Origin: Octopus vulgaris | Taxonomy: Eukaryota | NCBI GenBank assembly: GCA_951406725.2 | Contig: OX597814.1 | Span: forward strand, 205,282,001-205,346,000 | Direction of reading: 5' to 3' | DNA length: 64,000 bases | Position numbers and translations under genes: made by a program | In this document: in pieces, positions 40,022 through 53,299 of the stretch | Layout: each line of letters begins with the position of its first letter | Position numbering within the stretch: the first letter of the stretch is position 1 | Notes under the pieces: generated by a model | What the model was told of the DNA's origin: nothing | The model's input: the letters and a program-made list of their open reading frames with translations, nothing else | Database searches by the model: none

Positions 40022-40209
40022 AAAAGCCATGTAAAAGGCACTCATGCCTCATAGAAGCACTCAGGCCATTCTGTTAAGTGGTTGGCATTAGGAAAGGGCA
40101 TCCAGCTGTAGAAACCAAGCCAAATCAGACCGGAACCTGGTGCAGCTCTCCTGGTTGCCAACTCTGGTCAAACCATCCAACCCATGCCAGCATGGAAAAC
40201 GGACGTTAA

Positions 40210-40245
<36 letters not shown>

Positions 40246-40310
40246 CATATACTATGCACAGCACAAAGACACACACAGACACTCATAAAACATATATATA
40301 ACATTATGTA

Positions 40311-40395
<85 letters not shown>

Positions 40396-40975
40396 GTAGA
40401 ACCAAGTTTATAAATGCCATTTGTAAAATGGAGTTAGTATATTCAGAAGATAACAAAAGTCTGAGCTATATAAAGAATGGGGGCTAAGAATCAGTTGGGA
40501 ATGATAAGAGAGGTGGTGTTTAGTCTCAGAAAGCCCAGCACCCAGTGATTGTCTTTCATAGTTTACTTTCAGATTATTTAGATAAATACACAGTGAACAA
40601 GCTAATTACAACACAATATTCCTTTATCTGCTTCATGGCAGAATAGCTATGGGCTAAAATGTTATGTACTCTCTTGTACAGAAACTAGTTCTGCACTCAA
40701 GCTACTTTTCTTCTAGTTGCTTGATATAAAGCCAACATTGAACATTGTTGATAAATGCTAGAATGGGAAGAGTAATGCCAAATTTAGAGGAAGTCTCAGA
40801 AGGAGGGAAGAGTTGGGAATAAATAGATGTGTGTCTCAGGAGTCAATGGGAGTTTGAGCCAGTGTTTTATTTGTAGATATATTGAGTTTAAAATAGACTT
40901 TTGAACAGATGTTAGTAATTAGAGCTTGTATATATATATATATGATTGTAATGGTGGATCCTTTGACTAGATAGT

Positions 40976-41039
<64 letters not shown>

Positions 41040-41444
41040 GTTCAAAAAGTCTCTCCGCAGTAAGTATTTTATTCCAAAATAAATATTTATAAGATGGTAT
41101 AAGACTACTAAAGAATATATTAGTCTTTACAAGACTTTAAAAAACTTTATAAGAGGTGTTGAAAATGTCGTCCTTCATTTTCAATACATAAGTTGACTTT
41201 TTTACTCGAAACATGTTCATTATAAAAATATTTGAATATATATATATATATCATCATCATCACATCATCGTCGTTTAGCGTCCGTTAACGACGATGATGA
41301 TGATGATGATATATATATATATATACACAAGGTGTCCAAAAGTCTCTCTGCAGGGAATTTTTTTTTAATCCTGTCTCTCTTAGAGTCAGACTCTCCCAGA
41401 TGCAAGATATATTTCATATATATATATATATATACACACACATA

Positions 41445-41830
41445 CTCTCTTTCACTCTTTTATTTGTTTCAGTCATTTGACTGCGGCCATGCTGGAGCAC
41501 CACCTTTAGTCGAGGAAATCAACCCCAGGACTCATTCTTTGTAAGCCTAGTACTTATTCTATCGGTAGCTTTTGTCAAAATGCTAAGTTATGGGGATGTA
41601 AACACACCAGCATCGGTTGTCAAGCAATGTTGGTGGGGACAAACACACACATATATATATATACATATACATATATATGACGGGCTTCTTTCAGGTTCCG
41701 TCTACCAAATCCACCCACAAGGCTTTGGTCGGCCCAAAGACACTCGCCCAAGGTGTCACACAATAGAACTGAACCTGGAACCATGTGGCTTGTAAGCAAG
41801 CTAATTACCACACAGCCACTCCTGTGCCTA
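41445..41830 (-). mobile_element. SINE family B
   Basis: Homologous to 43620-44020 and 44866-45275. Confidence 0.88.
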
Positions 41831-41867
41831 TATATATATATATGTATATATATATGTATATATATAA

Positions 41868-42040
41868 CGGGAAGGTTTACGAAAATAAACAAAAGGCGAA
41901 GGCAGGTGGAGTACAAACAAACAAATGTATTAGTATGGCACTCAGGAATATAATAGAACAAGTCTTTCACGTTTCGAGCCTACGCTCTTCGACAGAAAGA
42001 TACACAGAAAAAAACAAGGAGAGAAACAAGGAGAGAGAAA
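41868..42040 (-). mobile_element. Repeat carrying a hammerhead-like variant motif, copy 1 (copy 2 at 51495-51645)
   Basis: Two homologous copies; minus strand CTTT-CTGTCGAA-GAGC-GTAG-GCTC-GAAA-CG-TG-AAAG. Confidence 0.7.
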
Positions 42041-42661
42041 ACATACATACATATATACATACATACATACACACACACACACAGAGTTACTATATGATTA
42101 TATTATTGGATATTAGACTGACTAAAAAACTAGAGACACACGTGCATGCATGCACACACACATAAACACACATGCAAACACACACACCGTAGATTTTCAT
42201 AATTTAGTCTGCTCTCTGTATAGTTAAGTGACTTCTATACTGAGTAGTAGTGTCAGTTATGAGCTACAGAGAGCAAATATAGGAAAAATAAGGATAAACA
42301 CATGTTCCTCCTCCTCCCCCTCATCCCTAACCCTGTCGTTGTCGTTGTCATCATCATCATTTAATGTCCTTTTTTTCCATGCTGGCATGGGTTGGACAGT
42401 TTGACTAGAACAGATGAGCCAGTGTGCTCTGCCAGGTGTTGTGTCTGCTTTGGTATGGTCTCTACGGCTGGATGCCCTTTCTAATGCCAACTGCAAAGTA
42501 TGCCAAATACTCTTCACATGGCATCAGCACTGGCGAGGGAGCCAAGTTTTCACAGCACTCTGTCGATTACAATGATTAATGTTCCAGGTGATCGGGTCAA
42601 TGGAACAACCTACTGAAATGAACGTGCAACTGGCTGAGTACTCCACCACAGACACACATAC

Positions 42662-42890
42662 CTATTTCTTTACTACCCACAAGGGGATAAACACAGAGAG
42701 GACAAACAAGGACAGACAAATGGATTAAGTCGATTATATCGACCCCAGTGCGTAACTGGTACTTATTTAATCGACCCTGAAAGGATGAAAGGCAAAGTCG
42801 ACCTCGGTGGAATTTGAACTCAAAACGTAACGTCAGACGAAATATGGCTACGCATTTCACCCGGCGTGCTAACGTTTCTGCCAGTTCACC
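42662..42890 (-). mobile_element. SINE family C nested in a family A SINE (about 42590-43105, minus)
   Basis: The flanks match the reverse complement of 56195-56510. Confidence 0.85.
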
Positions 42891-43591
42891 CTTAAGATAA
42901 TTCTCATGGAGATTCAGCGTGACACAGAATGTGACAAAGCTGACTCTTTGAAATACAGGTACAACTCATTTTTACCAGCTGATTTGCTTTGGGGCGTTGT
43001 TAAAGTAAGTGTCTGGCTCAAGGACACAACATACTGCCAAATATTGAACTCACAACCTTATGTTCATAAGCCAAATGTCCTAACCACTAAGCCATGTGCC
43101 TTCACACAAGCACCTACAGGATAAGACGCCCTCAACTAAGAAGGGTATAGATTTGAAGAATAAGAAACTATGATAGAAGAAGGGGAGCAGATGTCTTGCT
43201 GAAGAGGTGAATACATGGCTTGCTCACCTGGAAAATAGGAAAAATGAAAATAGAGAAAGAAAGAGATGTGAGGTTCAGGCACAACATAAATGTAAAACAG
43301 AATAAGATAGAAGAGCGAAAAAGGTGGATATATAGGTAAATATATAGATGTAGATACAGATATATATATATATATGATGGGTTTCCTTCTGTTTCCCTCT
43401 ACTAGATTCACTCACAAAGCTTTGGTAGGGCTGAGGCTATAGTAGAAGACACTTGCCCAAGGTGCCATGGTGTGTGGGACTCAACCTGGAACCATGTGAT
43501 TGGAAAACAAACTTCTTACCTCACAGCCACACAGCCTATGTGTACAGGAGGATCTTACACAGACTAGGCTATAGGACTAGCTATCTACATA

Positions 43592-43619
<28 letters not shown>

Positions 43620-43622
<3 letters not shown>

Positions 43623-44020
43623 TGTTTCAGTCATTTGGCTGCGGCCATGCTGGAGCACCGCCTTTACTCGAGCAACTCGACCCCGGAACTTATTCTTTGT
43701 AAGCCCAGTACTTATTCTATTGGTCTCTTTTGCCGAACCGCTAAGTGACGGGGACATAAACACACCAGCATCGGTTGTCAAGCGATGTTGGATGGGACAA
43801 ATACAGACACACAAACACATACACACACATACATATATATATATATACATATATATGATGGGCTTCTTTCAGTTTCCGTCTACCAAATCCACTCACAAGG
43901 CTTTGGTCGGCCCGAGGCTATAGTAGAAGACACTTGCCCAAGGTGCCACGCAGTGGGACTGAACTGGGAACCATGTGGTTGGTAAACAAGCTACTTACCA
44001 CACAGCCACTCCTGCGCCTA
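43620..44020 (-). mobile_element. SINE family B, near full length
   Basis: Minus-strand head ggcgcaggagtggctgtgtggtaag...ttcagtcccactgcgtggcaccttgggcaagtgtcttc. Confidence 0.92.
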
Positions 44021-44865
44021 TATATATATATATATATATATATATCATCATCATCATCATCATCGTCATTTAATGTCCACTTTCCATGCTAGCATGGGTT
44101 GGACGATTTGACTGAGGGCTGGCGAACCAGATGGCTAAACCAGGCTCCAATCTAATCTGGCAGAGTTTCTACAGCTGGATGCCCTTCCTAACGCCAACCA
44201 CTCCGAGAATGTAGTGGGTGCTTTTATGTGCCACCAGCACGAGGGCCAGCAAGTTCGAGAGAGGGGTTAAGTTGATTACATCAATCCCAGTTTTCAACTG
44301 GTACTTTTTTGACTTTCTAACAAATCTATCAATTCATCACCATCATTATAATAATTGTAGTAGTAGTAGTAGCAGCAGCAGCAGCAGAAGAAGTAGCAGA
44401 TTGAAATTAACAGGATGTGAAATATGGAGACTGGAATATATATACATATAGTAGAAATTATGTGCATAAATAAATGTATAAATAAATGCACACAGAGCTT
44501 ACATCTGATTATATTTGTGTATTTTTAAGTAGGTGGAATTACACATTTATTTATGTAAGAGTCATCAAAAGCAGCTTCAAAGGATTGTCTATTGAAGATG
44601 TGATACCTTTGCAGCTTAGCTGTCACTACTCAGGCATTAGTGAGATGATTCTAAAGAATGAAATAATTAATCAGTTGTTTTCCTTGTTATTTAATCATTG
44701 TATGTATGTAGGTTGGTGTAATACACACACACACACACACACTTTTACTTTTTTCAGCCAGAGGGTGTGACCATGACATTACATGTATTGGCTTGATGGA
44801 TAGATGGATGGTTGGATGGATCACCGGGAGCAGCTGTTTGGACAAAAAAAAAAAAACATCTAAAA

Positions 44866-45275
44866 TACGCAGGAGTGGCTGTGTGGTAAGTAGCTTGCTA
44901 ACCAACCACATGGTTCCGGGTTCAGTCCCACTGCGTGGCATCTTGGGCAAGTGTCTTCTGCTATAGCCCCGGGCCGACCAATGCCTTGTGAGTGGATTTG
45001 GTAGACGGAAACTGAAAGAAGCCTGTCGTATATATGTATATATATATATATATGTATGTGTTGAGTGTATATGTTTGTGTCTGTGTTTGTCCCCCTAGCA
45101 TTGCTTGACAACCGATGCTGGTGTGTTTACGTCCCCGTTTCTTAGCAGTTTGGCAAAAGAGACCGATAGAATAAGTACTGGGCTTGCAAAAGAATAAGTC
45201 CTGGGGTCGATTTGCTTGATTAAAAGGCGGTGCTCCAGCATGGCCGCAGTCACATGACTGAAACAAGTAAAAGAG
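44866..45275 (+). mobile_element. SINE family B, near full length
   Basis: Same family, inverted relative to 43620-44020. Confidence 0.92.
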
Positions 45276-45280
45276 AAGAG

Positions 45281-45508
45281 TAACTCTTTCATTATCATAT
45301 TTCTGTTGAAGTGCAGTCCTTTTGCTTCAATTAATTTCGAAAATAATGAAGAATTTAGTAAAAATAACTTTGTCGTTATTAAGCTGGTGTTTGGAACATA
45401 AATTAACATTAAACTATGAGTGAAGGTTTTAATTTAGATCATTTCAAAACTGGAAGTTTGTATCAGAGACAGATGTGAACTCAGGTAGGATGGTATCAAA
45501 AGAGTTAA
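45281..45508. mobile_element. piggyBac-like MITE
   Basis: Termini taactctttcattatcat / atggtatcaaaagagttaa, with TTAA at the right end. Confidence 0.55.
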
Positions 45509-45544
45509 ATATGTACGTGAATATCCATGTGTGTCAGTGGTGTA

Positions 45545-46435
45545 TATGAGGTCTGATCAAATTGTATCAAGGCTGGTACTATAGAAAGAAAGCTACAACA
45601 ATATCAATTCTTCTTCAAAATAGTCCCCTTCTGAAACTGCACACTTTATAATAATAATAATGAAATTATTGTATACAGTGTTCAGGTGCACCACAACTTG
45701 TCAAAAGTGCATATAAAGCATCTGCAGTAATGTACAAATGTCTGGAAAGCGAACAGTGTATGAGTCAGATACATGCTTGCATGTGTATGGAGGGAGAAAA
45801 TCAGGTGTAGTGTTGGCGAATCTCAGGAAGCATGGAAGTTTTGAAGGATGCAGTGCTCCGGCAACTAACAACTGATGCCGGCAGTTTGTTTCATGCTTCA
45901 GCAGCTCTTAGCGTGAAAAAATGTTTCCGAAAATCATGGGAGCTGTGCTGTTTTCTGACTTTGTAAACATGTCCACGGGTTTTATTTCACATTGTTTCCA
46001 TTTTCAGAAGCATTCCTGGAGCTCTTGTTTTGGGATAATGAGCAGCTGCCTTGTCACATTCCGTTGGATTTCCTCAGCATCTTGAAGCCTTGGTTAGGTC
46101 ATACACTGGGAAGACTGAGCCTTGACTTCAAGATAATCGCCAAAGACCCATAATTCATGACCTGTTATGACTGTTTTTAAAAAAGGTTTTGTCTTCCTCA
46201 ACACAGTCAAGGAGATCCTGCACAGCTGAAACTTAATCTTTTTTTTGAGGTGGCCACACTCTACACACTTTACTTCCAAGCACGTCTATACACAATGGAA
46301 GTGAGTGAGAATGTTATAACTGGGTGTGCATGAGTGAAGGAGTTTACGGTCAAACTGTACCAGGTGGCTTCACTTTGCATACTTTAGCTCTGTTCCCATA
46401 GCAACAGTCCAAGTGCATTTTGATCAGACCTCATA
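45545..46435 (-). mobile_element. Mariner deletion derivative with both TIRs and TA TSD
   Basis: TA-tgaggtctgatcaaa ... tttgatcagacctca-TA; ORF FLKTVITGHELWVFGDYLEVKAQSSQ matches the TGDE.W..Y..E.K.QS motif. Confidence 0.9.
45650..45980 (-). mobile_element. CR1-clade LINE 3' end nested in the mariner
   Basis: TRGHVYKVRKQHSSHDFRKHFFTLRAAEA*NKLPASVV...SFK, plus 3' UTR and (TTA)n tail. Tail-only copies lie at about 8488 and 10186. Confidence 0.88.
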
Positions 46436-46672
46436 GTAATTATTGTCAAAGGATATGAACTATACTTTCTACAACAACAGCATTGCTATAAAGAAAATCA
46501 GTCTCAGTCAATGAATTTATACATTTCACCAAAAGAATGAACACAGGTTCCGTGTCAGTGGAATGCCAACCACCCTTTGTTCCTTATTTTTGTTTCTCTC
46601 TCTCTCATTATCTTACCATCCGTTTGTACATATAATGTAACTAGCTGTCAGGTGTGCAATTCTGTTTTAGAG

Positions 46673-47207
46673 CAAGACTCACCAAACTATGACCCACAGG
46701 TTAGATCCGGCCCACAAAGTCAGTTCATCTGGCCCACTGCTGCACGGTACATTTTTGTGTGAGTACCGGCAATGAGAGTTCATTTGCCTCTGGTATGGCA
46801 TCAATGGAACAACTTATGTCTGTGAACAAACGTTTTCAAAAATGAAGTCAGCACATCGAACGAGGTTGACTGATGAACATTTAGAAGCATTTCTCTTGGT
46901 TGGATGTAGCAATTCCAAAGCAAATATTGATGTTATCTTAAAAGCTAAACACACCAGTTTCACAAATCTCACTAATCTTTTCTTGCTGCTTAGTTTGTGA
47001 GATTCAGATATGTGTGCACTGGGTGTGATATAACGATCTTATTGCTAATATTGCCTTCTTTGAAAAATTTTTGGTAAATAAAAAATGTTGGCTATCTTTA
47101 TTTTTTTGTGTATTCGCTGTATTGTATTGATGAAAATGGTTATGTGGCCCATGCTCATCATTCTCTCAGTTATCTGGCCCAAAGTGATAAAAGTTTGGTG
47201 ACCCCTG
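46673..47207 (+). mobile_element. hAT (Buster/SPIN-like) deletion derivative retaining the dimerization-domain coding remnant
   Basis: TIRs ca...tcaccaaact / agtttggtgacccctg; TSD ttttagag / ttttagaa; 46806 onward reads GTTYVCEQTFSKMKSAHRTRLTDEHLEAFL. Confidence 0.88.
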
Positions 47208-48507
47208 TTTTAGAATAACTGTCAAAGTATTTTATAGCAGGAGACAGGAAAATTGTGATCTCTGATTATATTTTCGAGTGATTTAATATTTATGATGAAT
47301 TCACTATGTTTGATGGGTGTGCAGTGCTTACCTAGGACACCTAGTATTGATGAATTTGGATATACCTATGAATATATGTGTAATTGTGGGTGATAGCATA
47401 TATGATTTGACTAAAAGTGTCTTTTTGACTTTGTTATTAGTATCATCAATCTAAGGAAGCAGGAATTTTTGGCAATAACGAAATACCTGTGAGTCACTGA
47501 GAGAAGATGCTTAAGGTCAGCAGTTCAACAGAATTATGCAAGTTTTTGAATGGATTTTTAATGCACAAGCTATATCCCCCCTATCCTCTCTCATTGTTGC
47601 TCTTATGACCCAAGATAGTAGCCATGCTCATGCATGATTTTTGTAACCATATACACTTGTGACCTTTTCACAATTATAACACAATACACATGCTGTGGCC
47701 CCATGTGCTTGATCATGTCTGTAGGATATCACTTAATCAAAGGGTCAGCAAACTGTATCCTGTCCTGAAACTTGTTTTGCATTTGGAGGCTAAATTCACT
47801 TAGGTTTACTTGGCAAACACAAGACAGTATAGAATCAAGTTGTTGTTTTGTTGTTATTGTTATTTAGTCGATTGAGTAGAATTGTGATGTTTCAGCTGTA
47901 ACCATACAATCAGTTCTTCTGGCATTGTGCATCTCTTGCTTTTTATATTGGTAGGGTGTGATTTGATGGATGAAATATAATTCAACCTTTTCACACACAC
48001 ATACATATATGTACACAAACACAAACACACACACACTCACACATGCCAATTATGAGGCTAATTATATGTAAAATTATAAGATTTTTCTGTTGTCAAAGAC
48101 CCATTTATAAACAGTACAAAGTAAAACTCTGTTGGGGGAGACAGACAGTCACTGCATCATGTTTACTTGATATAAAAATTCCTCACACAGTTTTATAAGA
48201 CTTTACAAAATGTTGGTTGCACAAAAGATGCCAGTAACAGAAACTTTAAAAAAAACCCCAGAAAGACAAGATATTTGAAGAAAAAAACATCCAATTATTG
48301 AAGCTGAATTTTTTAATATTGTTTTCCTCTTTGACTAAGTTATGCAAAATTAAAGATACAAGAAAAGATAACTGAATGTTTGCTGGTCTCTTGTAATAAA
48401 CAACATTTTCGTAATTTTGCTTTAATTAAGTTTGTTTTACTTGAAAATTTAGTTGTGGAGCCAATGCAAACATTGCAATTGTTTGGATATACTTCTCACT
48501 TTCTGTC

Positions 48508-48551
<44 letters not shown>

Positions 48552-48554
<3 letters not shown>

Positions 48555-49015
48555 TCATCATCATCGTCATCGCCGTTTAACATCTACATTCTATGCTAGC
48601 ATGGGTTGGACAGGCTTGACTGAGGGCTGGTAAGCCAGAAGGCTGCACCTGGCTCCAATCTGATCTGGTAAAGTTTCTACAGCTGGATGCCCTTCCTAAC
48701 GCCAAATACTCCAAGAGTGTAGTGGGTGCTTTTTATGTGCCACCGGCACGAGGGCCAGTCAGGTGGTACTGGCATCGACCACACTCAAATCATGCTTTTT
48801 ACAAGCCACCGGTACGGGTGCCAATCAGGCAATACCGTCATTGGCCACGACAATGACTTCCCTTGCCTCAACAGGTCTTTGCAAGTGCAGTTTATTGCCC
48901 AATGATTGAAGAGTACTCTTAAATGGGCTGGTTATGCTGCACTGGCGTAGGCCACAGTTACAGTCTCACTTGGCTTGCTGGGTCTTCTCAAGCACAGAAT
49001 ATCTCCAAAAGTCTC
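48552..49015 (-). mobile_element. Family R retroelement with 5' extension
   Basis: Tail abutting (TA)n, body, modules and extension. Confidence 0.85.
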
Positions 49016-49304
49016 ATATATATAAGTAAAAGGGATTTTGGAGAGAGATATTATTTAGGTGGATTCTGTATTAACTTTCAGTTAAGTTCCAGTCAATGGC
49101 TAACCACAATGGTCAGTATCTGATGTCTGTGACTACATTTAGTTGTTAGTCATGCCATGAATTTTTTTAATGGGTATTTCCATGTTCTCTTTGCTGGACA
49201 ATAAAAATTGTCTGGAGTGTATATTAATGTTAATAATAAGAATAAAGAATATGGAGACTTGAAGATCCTCAAAATTTATTTTATAGTTAAATACAGCATA
49301 TCAT

Positions 49305-49397
49305 GATGACCTGCACATGTGTTTCAACTGCAATGACTACTCACTGTTGCAAATGCAACCTTATAATATTGTCGGTGCAGCTTCATCAGGGTCCATC
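49305..49397 (-). ncRNA. Type I hammerhead motif, probably inactivated (U16.1 to C)
   Basis: GACC-CTGATGA-AGCTGCA...TGCAGTT-GAAA-CACATGTG-CA-GGTC. Confidence 0.7.
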
Positions 49398-49479
49398 TAT
49401 TTGGTCATCCTCAAAGTGAACAGATTGAAGTAAATTTTTGTTAGTTAGTGTTCTGTGGGAGGTGGGGGTGTTGTTATTT

Positions 49480-49930
49480 ATAGGTATGTGTTGTAGATCC
49501 CAACTTCACCCCAGTCACTGTCCGAAGTTAGGCTTGGTCTTAAAATTGGTTACGGTTGCGGTTACTGCTTTTGTAAGGCTCTTTGTTTGTTTTAGTAGTT
49601 GTGTGTATTATTTTTGATTTCGAGTGTAGTGCTTGAATTGAAGGCTTCTTGTTTATTTATATTCATGTTTTGGTTGGGCTGCACATAATTTGTGTTGCAC
49701 ATTGTGCAGGGAATTTGTTTTTTTTATCAATGATGGTTATTAAGAATTCTTATGTTTAGGTTATGTTGTTCTATTTGTTATGTCAAGCTCAATTGTTGCT
49801 GGGGCATTGGCTATCTAGAATTATCTTTATATCTCTTAAAAGTTCGATCATGTTTGTGTAAACATCTAAGCTTGTTCATGACTTGTATTAATTAATGCGT
49901 GTTTTCATGTAAATATTTGGTAAATCTCCT
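49480..49930 (-). mobile_element. Penelope-like element remnant (GIY-YIG region)
   Basis: Minus-strand QIPCTMCNTNYV resembles the PLE 'IPC..C...Y.G' motif and lies just upstream of a hammerhead motif. Confidence 0.55.
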
Positions 49931-50139
49931 CTACACATATGTTACATCTATTTACCCCTACTCAATAAAGCTTAGCAATACTAATTAGTTCCCAATCAAT
50001 AGAATAACTATTGCTTTTGTCTTTAATTGACTAAATGGATCTACTTAGGCTTGTATTATTATCTTTTCCGGTAAATCTTTCTATGTCTTACCACTCTATC
50101 TCTTTCTGTCTCACCTTTTCTCACTTTTTCTGTCCCCCC

Positions 50140-50207
<68 letters not shown>

Positions 50208-50209
<2 letters not shown>

Positions 50210-50322
50210 AGAATAAGGAAAAAATGGTGAGGTAATTAATAAAATTATTTATCAATTATAAAATATAATTATAACTAATAAATAATTCTATTAATTACCT
50301 CTCCATTTTCTCCTTATTCTTT
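50208..50322. repeat. AT-rich inverted repeat with arms of about 45-50 bp
   Basis: aaagaataaggaaaaaatggtgaggtaattaat / attaattacctctccattttctccttattcttt. Confidence 0.9.
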
Positions 50323-50459
50323 GAATATATAAATATATGAACCACGGTTTATAAGCTTACCTTATAGTTGAGCTTTCTATAGATTGGTAACTAACCAGTA
50401 TTTTCGATGGATTTATGATCCCTTAATGAGGTTTATTACCTTTACTTGATTATATACAT

Positions 50460-51500
<1,041 letters not shown>

Positions 51501-52226
51501 TTTACGAAAAAAACAAAAGACGAAAACAGGTGGTGTACAAAACAAACAGATGTATTAGTATAACGCTCAGGAATAGAAAAAGTCTTTTACATTTCGGGCC
51601 TACGCTCTTCTACAGAAAGGGACACAGAAAAAACAAGGAGAGCATCAAGGAGGTGTTTGTGTGTATATCTGTGTATGTGTATGTGTACAAGTGTCTTTTC
51701 TTGTATACATAATATGTAGCATATCTAACTTCATATTTAAGATTTTCTTCTTAGCTCTTTAATCATCAGCATTCCAGTAAGATGATGATTAAAAGGTTTA
51801 AACCTCTGAGTAGGATTGGTGGATTTGTCAAAAAGGATGGATTTCAAAGAAAATCGCAAAAGCAAGAATAATGGGGAATATATAATAAGAAATACTGAAA
51901 CAAACACAGTAAACAAATGAGTCAAAACAGTTTATTAGAGGAATACGAACGGCTGAACAGGTGTGGTGCTTCACCTGAAATATGTATTGTGATGTCTCAA
52001 ATGAGAATTCCAGAGTTATGTACCCGGTTTCATCTCGTGTTACCTGTCAAAGTCATATGTTTTCTTGTGCTGTCTAATTAAAAATGTGTTGCTCACATTT
52101 AACAACAGCTTTGACTCATTATTGCGTCGTTTGCAACAATATAAATTGCTTTACAGTATAGCATGGATTAGGATGGGATAGGGTAAATGAATACACAGGG
52201 TGTATGTATGTATATGTGTGTGTGTG

Positions 52227-52261
<35 letters not shown>

Positions 52262-52265
<4 letters not shown>

Positions 52266-52616
52266 TCATCATCATCATCATCATCATCGTTTAACGTCCG
52301 TTTTCCGCGCTAGCACGGGTTGGACGGTTCGACCGGGGTCTGGGAAGCCAGAGGCTGCACCAGGCTCCAGTCTGATCTGGCAGAGTTTCTACAGCTGGAT
52401 GCCCTTCCTAACGCCAACCACTCCGTGAGTGTAGTGGATGCTTTTTATGTGCCACCTGCACAGGTGCCAGGGGGTCTGGCATCGGCCACGATCGGTTGGA
52501 GCTTTTAATGTGCCACCAGCACGGAAGCCAGCCAAGGCAGCGCTGGCAACGGCCACGTTCGGATGGTGCTTTTTATGTGCTACCGGCACAGAAGCCAGTC
52601 GAGGCGGCGCTGGCAA
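52262..52616 (-). mobile_element. Family R retroelement with 3 modules
   Basis: Flanked by (TA)n. Confidence 0.9.
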
Positions 52617-52667
52617 TGTGTATATATATATATATATATATATCAAACTATGAGAAAGTGATACAGA

Positions 52668-52761
52668 GGTCTGATGATTGGGGTTATATTTAAGAATGGT
52701 TCCAGCAAAACACGGCGTGGTTAAGGAACCCAAAAATGTACCCCAAGAAACACGTGTAGCC
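52668..52761 (+). ncRNA. Minimal type I hammerhead ribozyme with intact core
   Basis: GGT-CTGATGA-TTGGGGT...ACCCCAA-GAAA-CACGTG-TA-GCC. Confidence 0.82.
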
Positions 52762-52907
52762 AAGTTATAAAGTAGTAAGTATTTAAATTAAAATTATTTT
52801 ATATGGTGGGAGAAAAAGACCTACTATCTCTAAATGAAAATATATATTTCCTCATTGAGAATAATTTGAACCCCTGTTATGCCGGAATTTTTATTCCCTA
52901 ACAAATA

Positions 52908-52938
<31 letters not shown>

Positions 52939-53268
52939 TAGCATTTGTTTTATGTTATAATCAAAACAATTTTACATATATCTACGTTTGTGTGTCTTTG
53001 TGTCTGTGTTTGTCCCCCACCATCACTTGACAACTTATGTTGGTGTGTTTATGTCACTCTAACTTAGTGGCTCAGCAAAAGAGACCAATAGAATAAGTAT
53101 TAGATTTACAAAGAATAAGTCCAACCCGTGCTAGCACGGAAAACGGACGTTAAACGATGATGATGATGATGATGAAGTCCAGGGGCTGATTTCTTCGACT
53201 AAAACTCTTTAAGGCAGTGTTCCAGCATGGCTGCAGTCAAATGACTGAACATGTAAAAGAATAAAAGA

Positions 53269-53299
<31 letters not shown>

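Noticed and set aside
41033-41355. Two direct copies of a Tc1/mariner-like terminus (agggtgttcaaaaagtctctccgcag)
   Set aside because: They are in the same orientation with no matching inverted end, so element boundaries cannot be defined.
43198-43240. CTGAAGA-GGTGA...TCACC-TG-GAAA hammerhead-like words
   Set aside because: There is no stem III, no UH site and no stem I.
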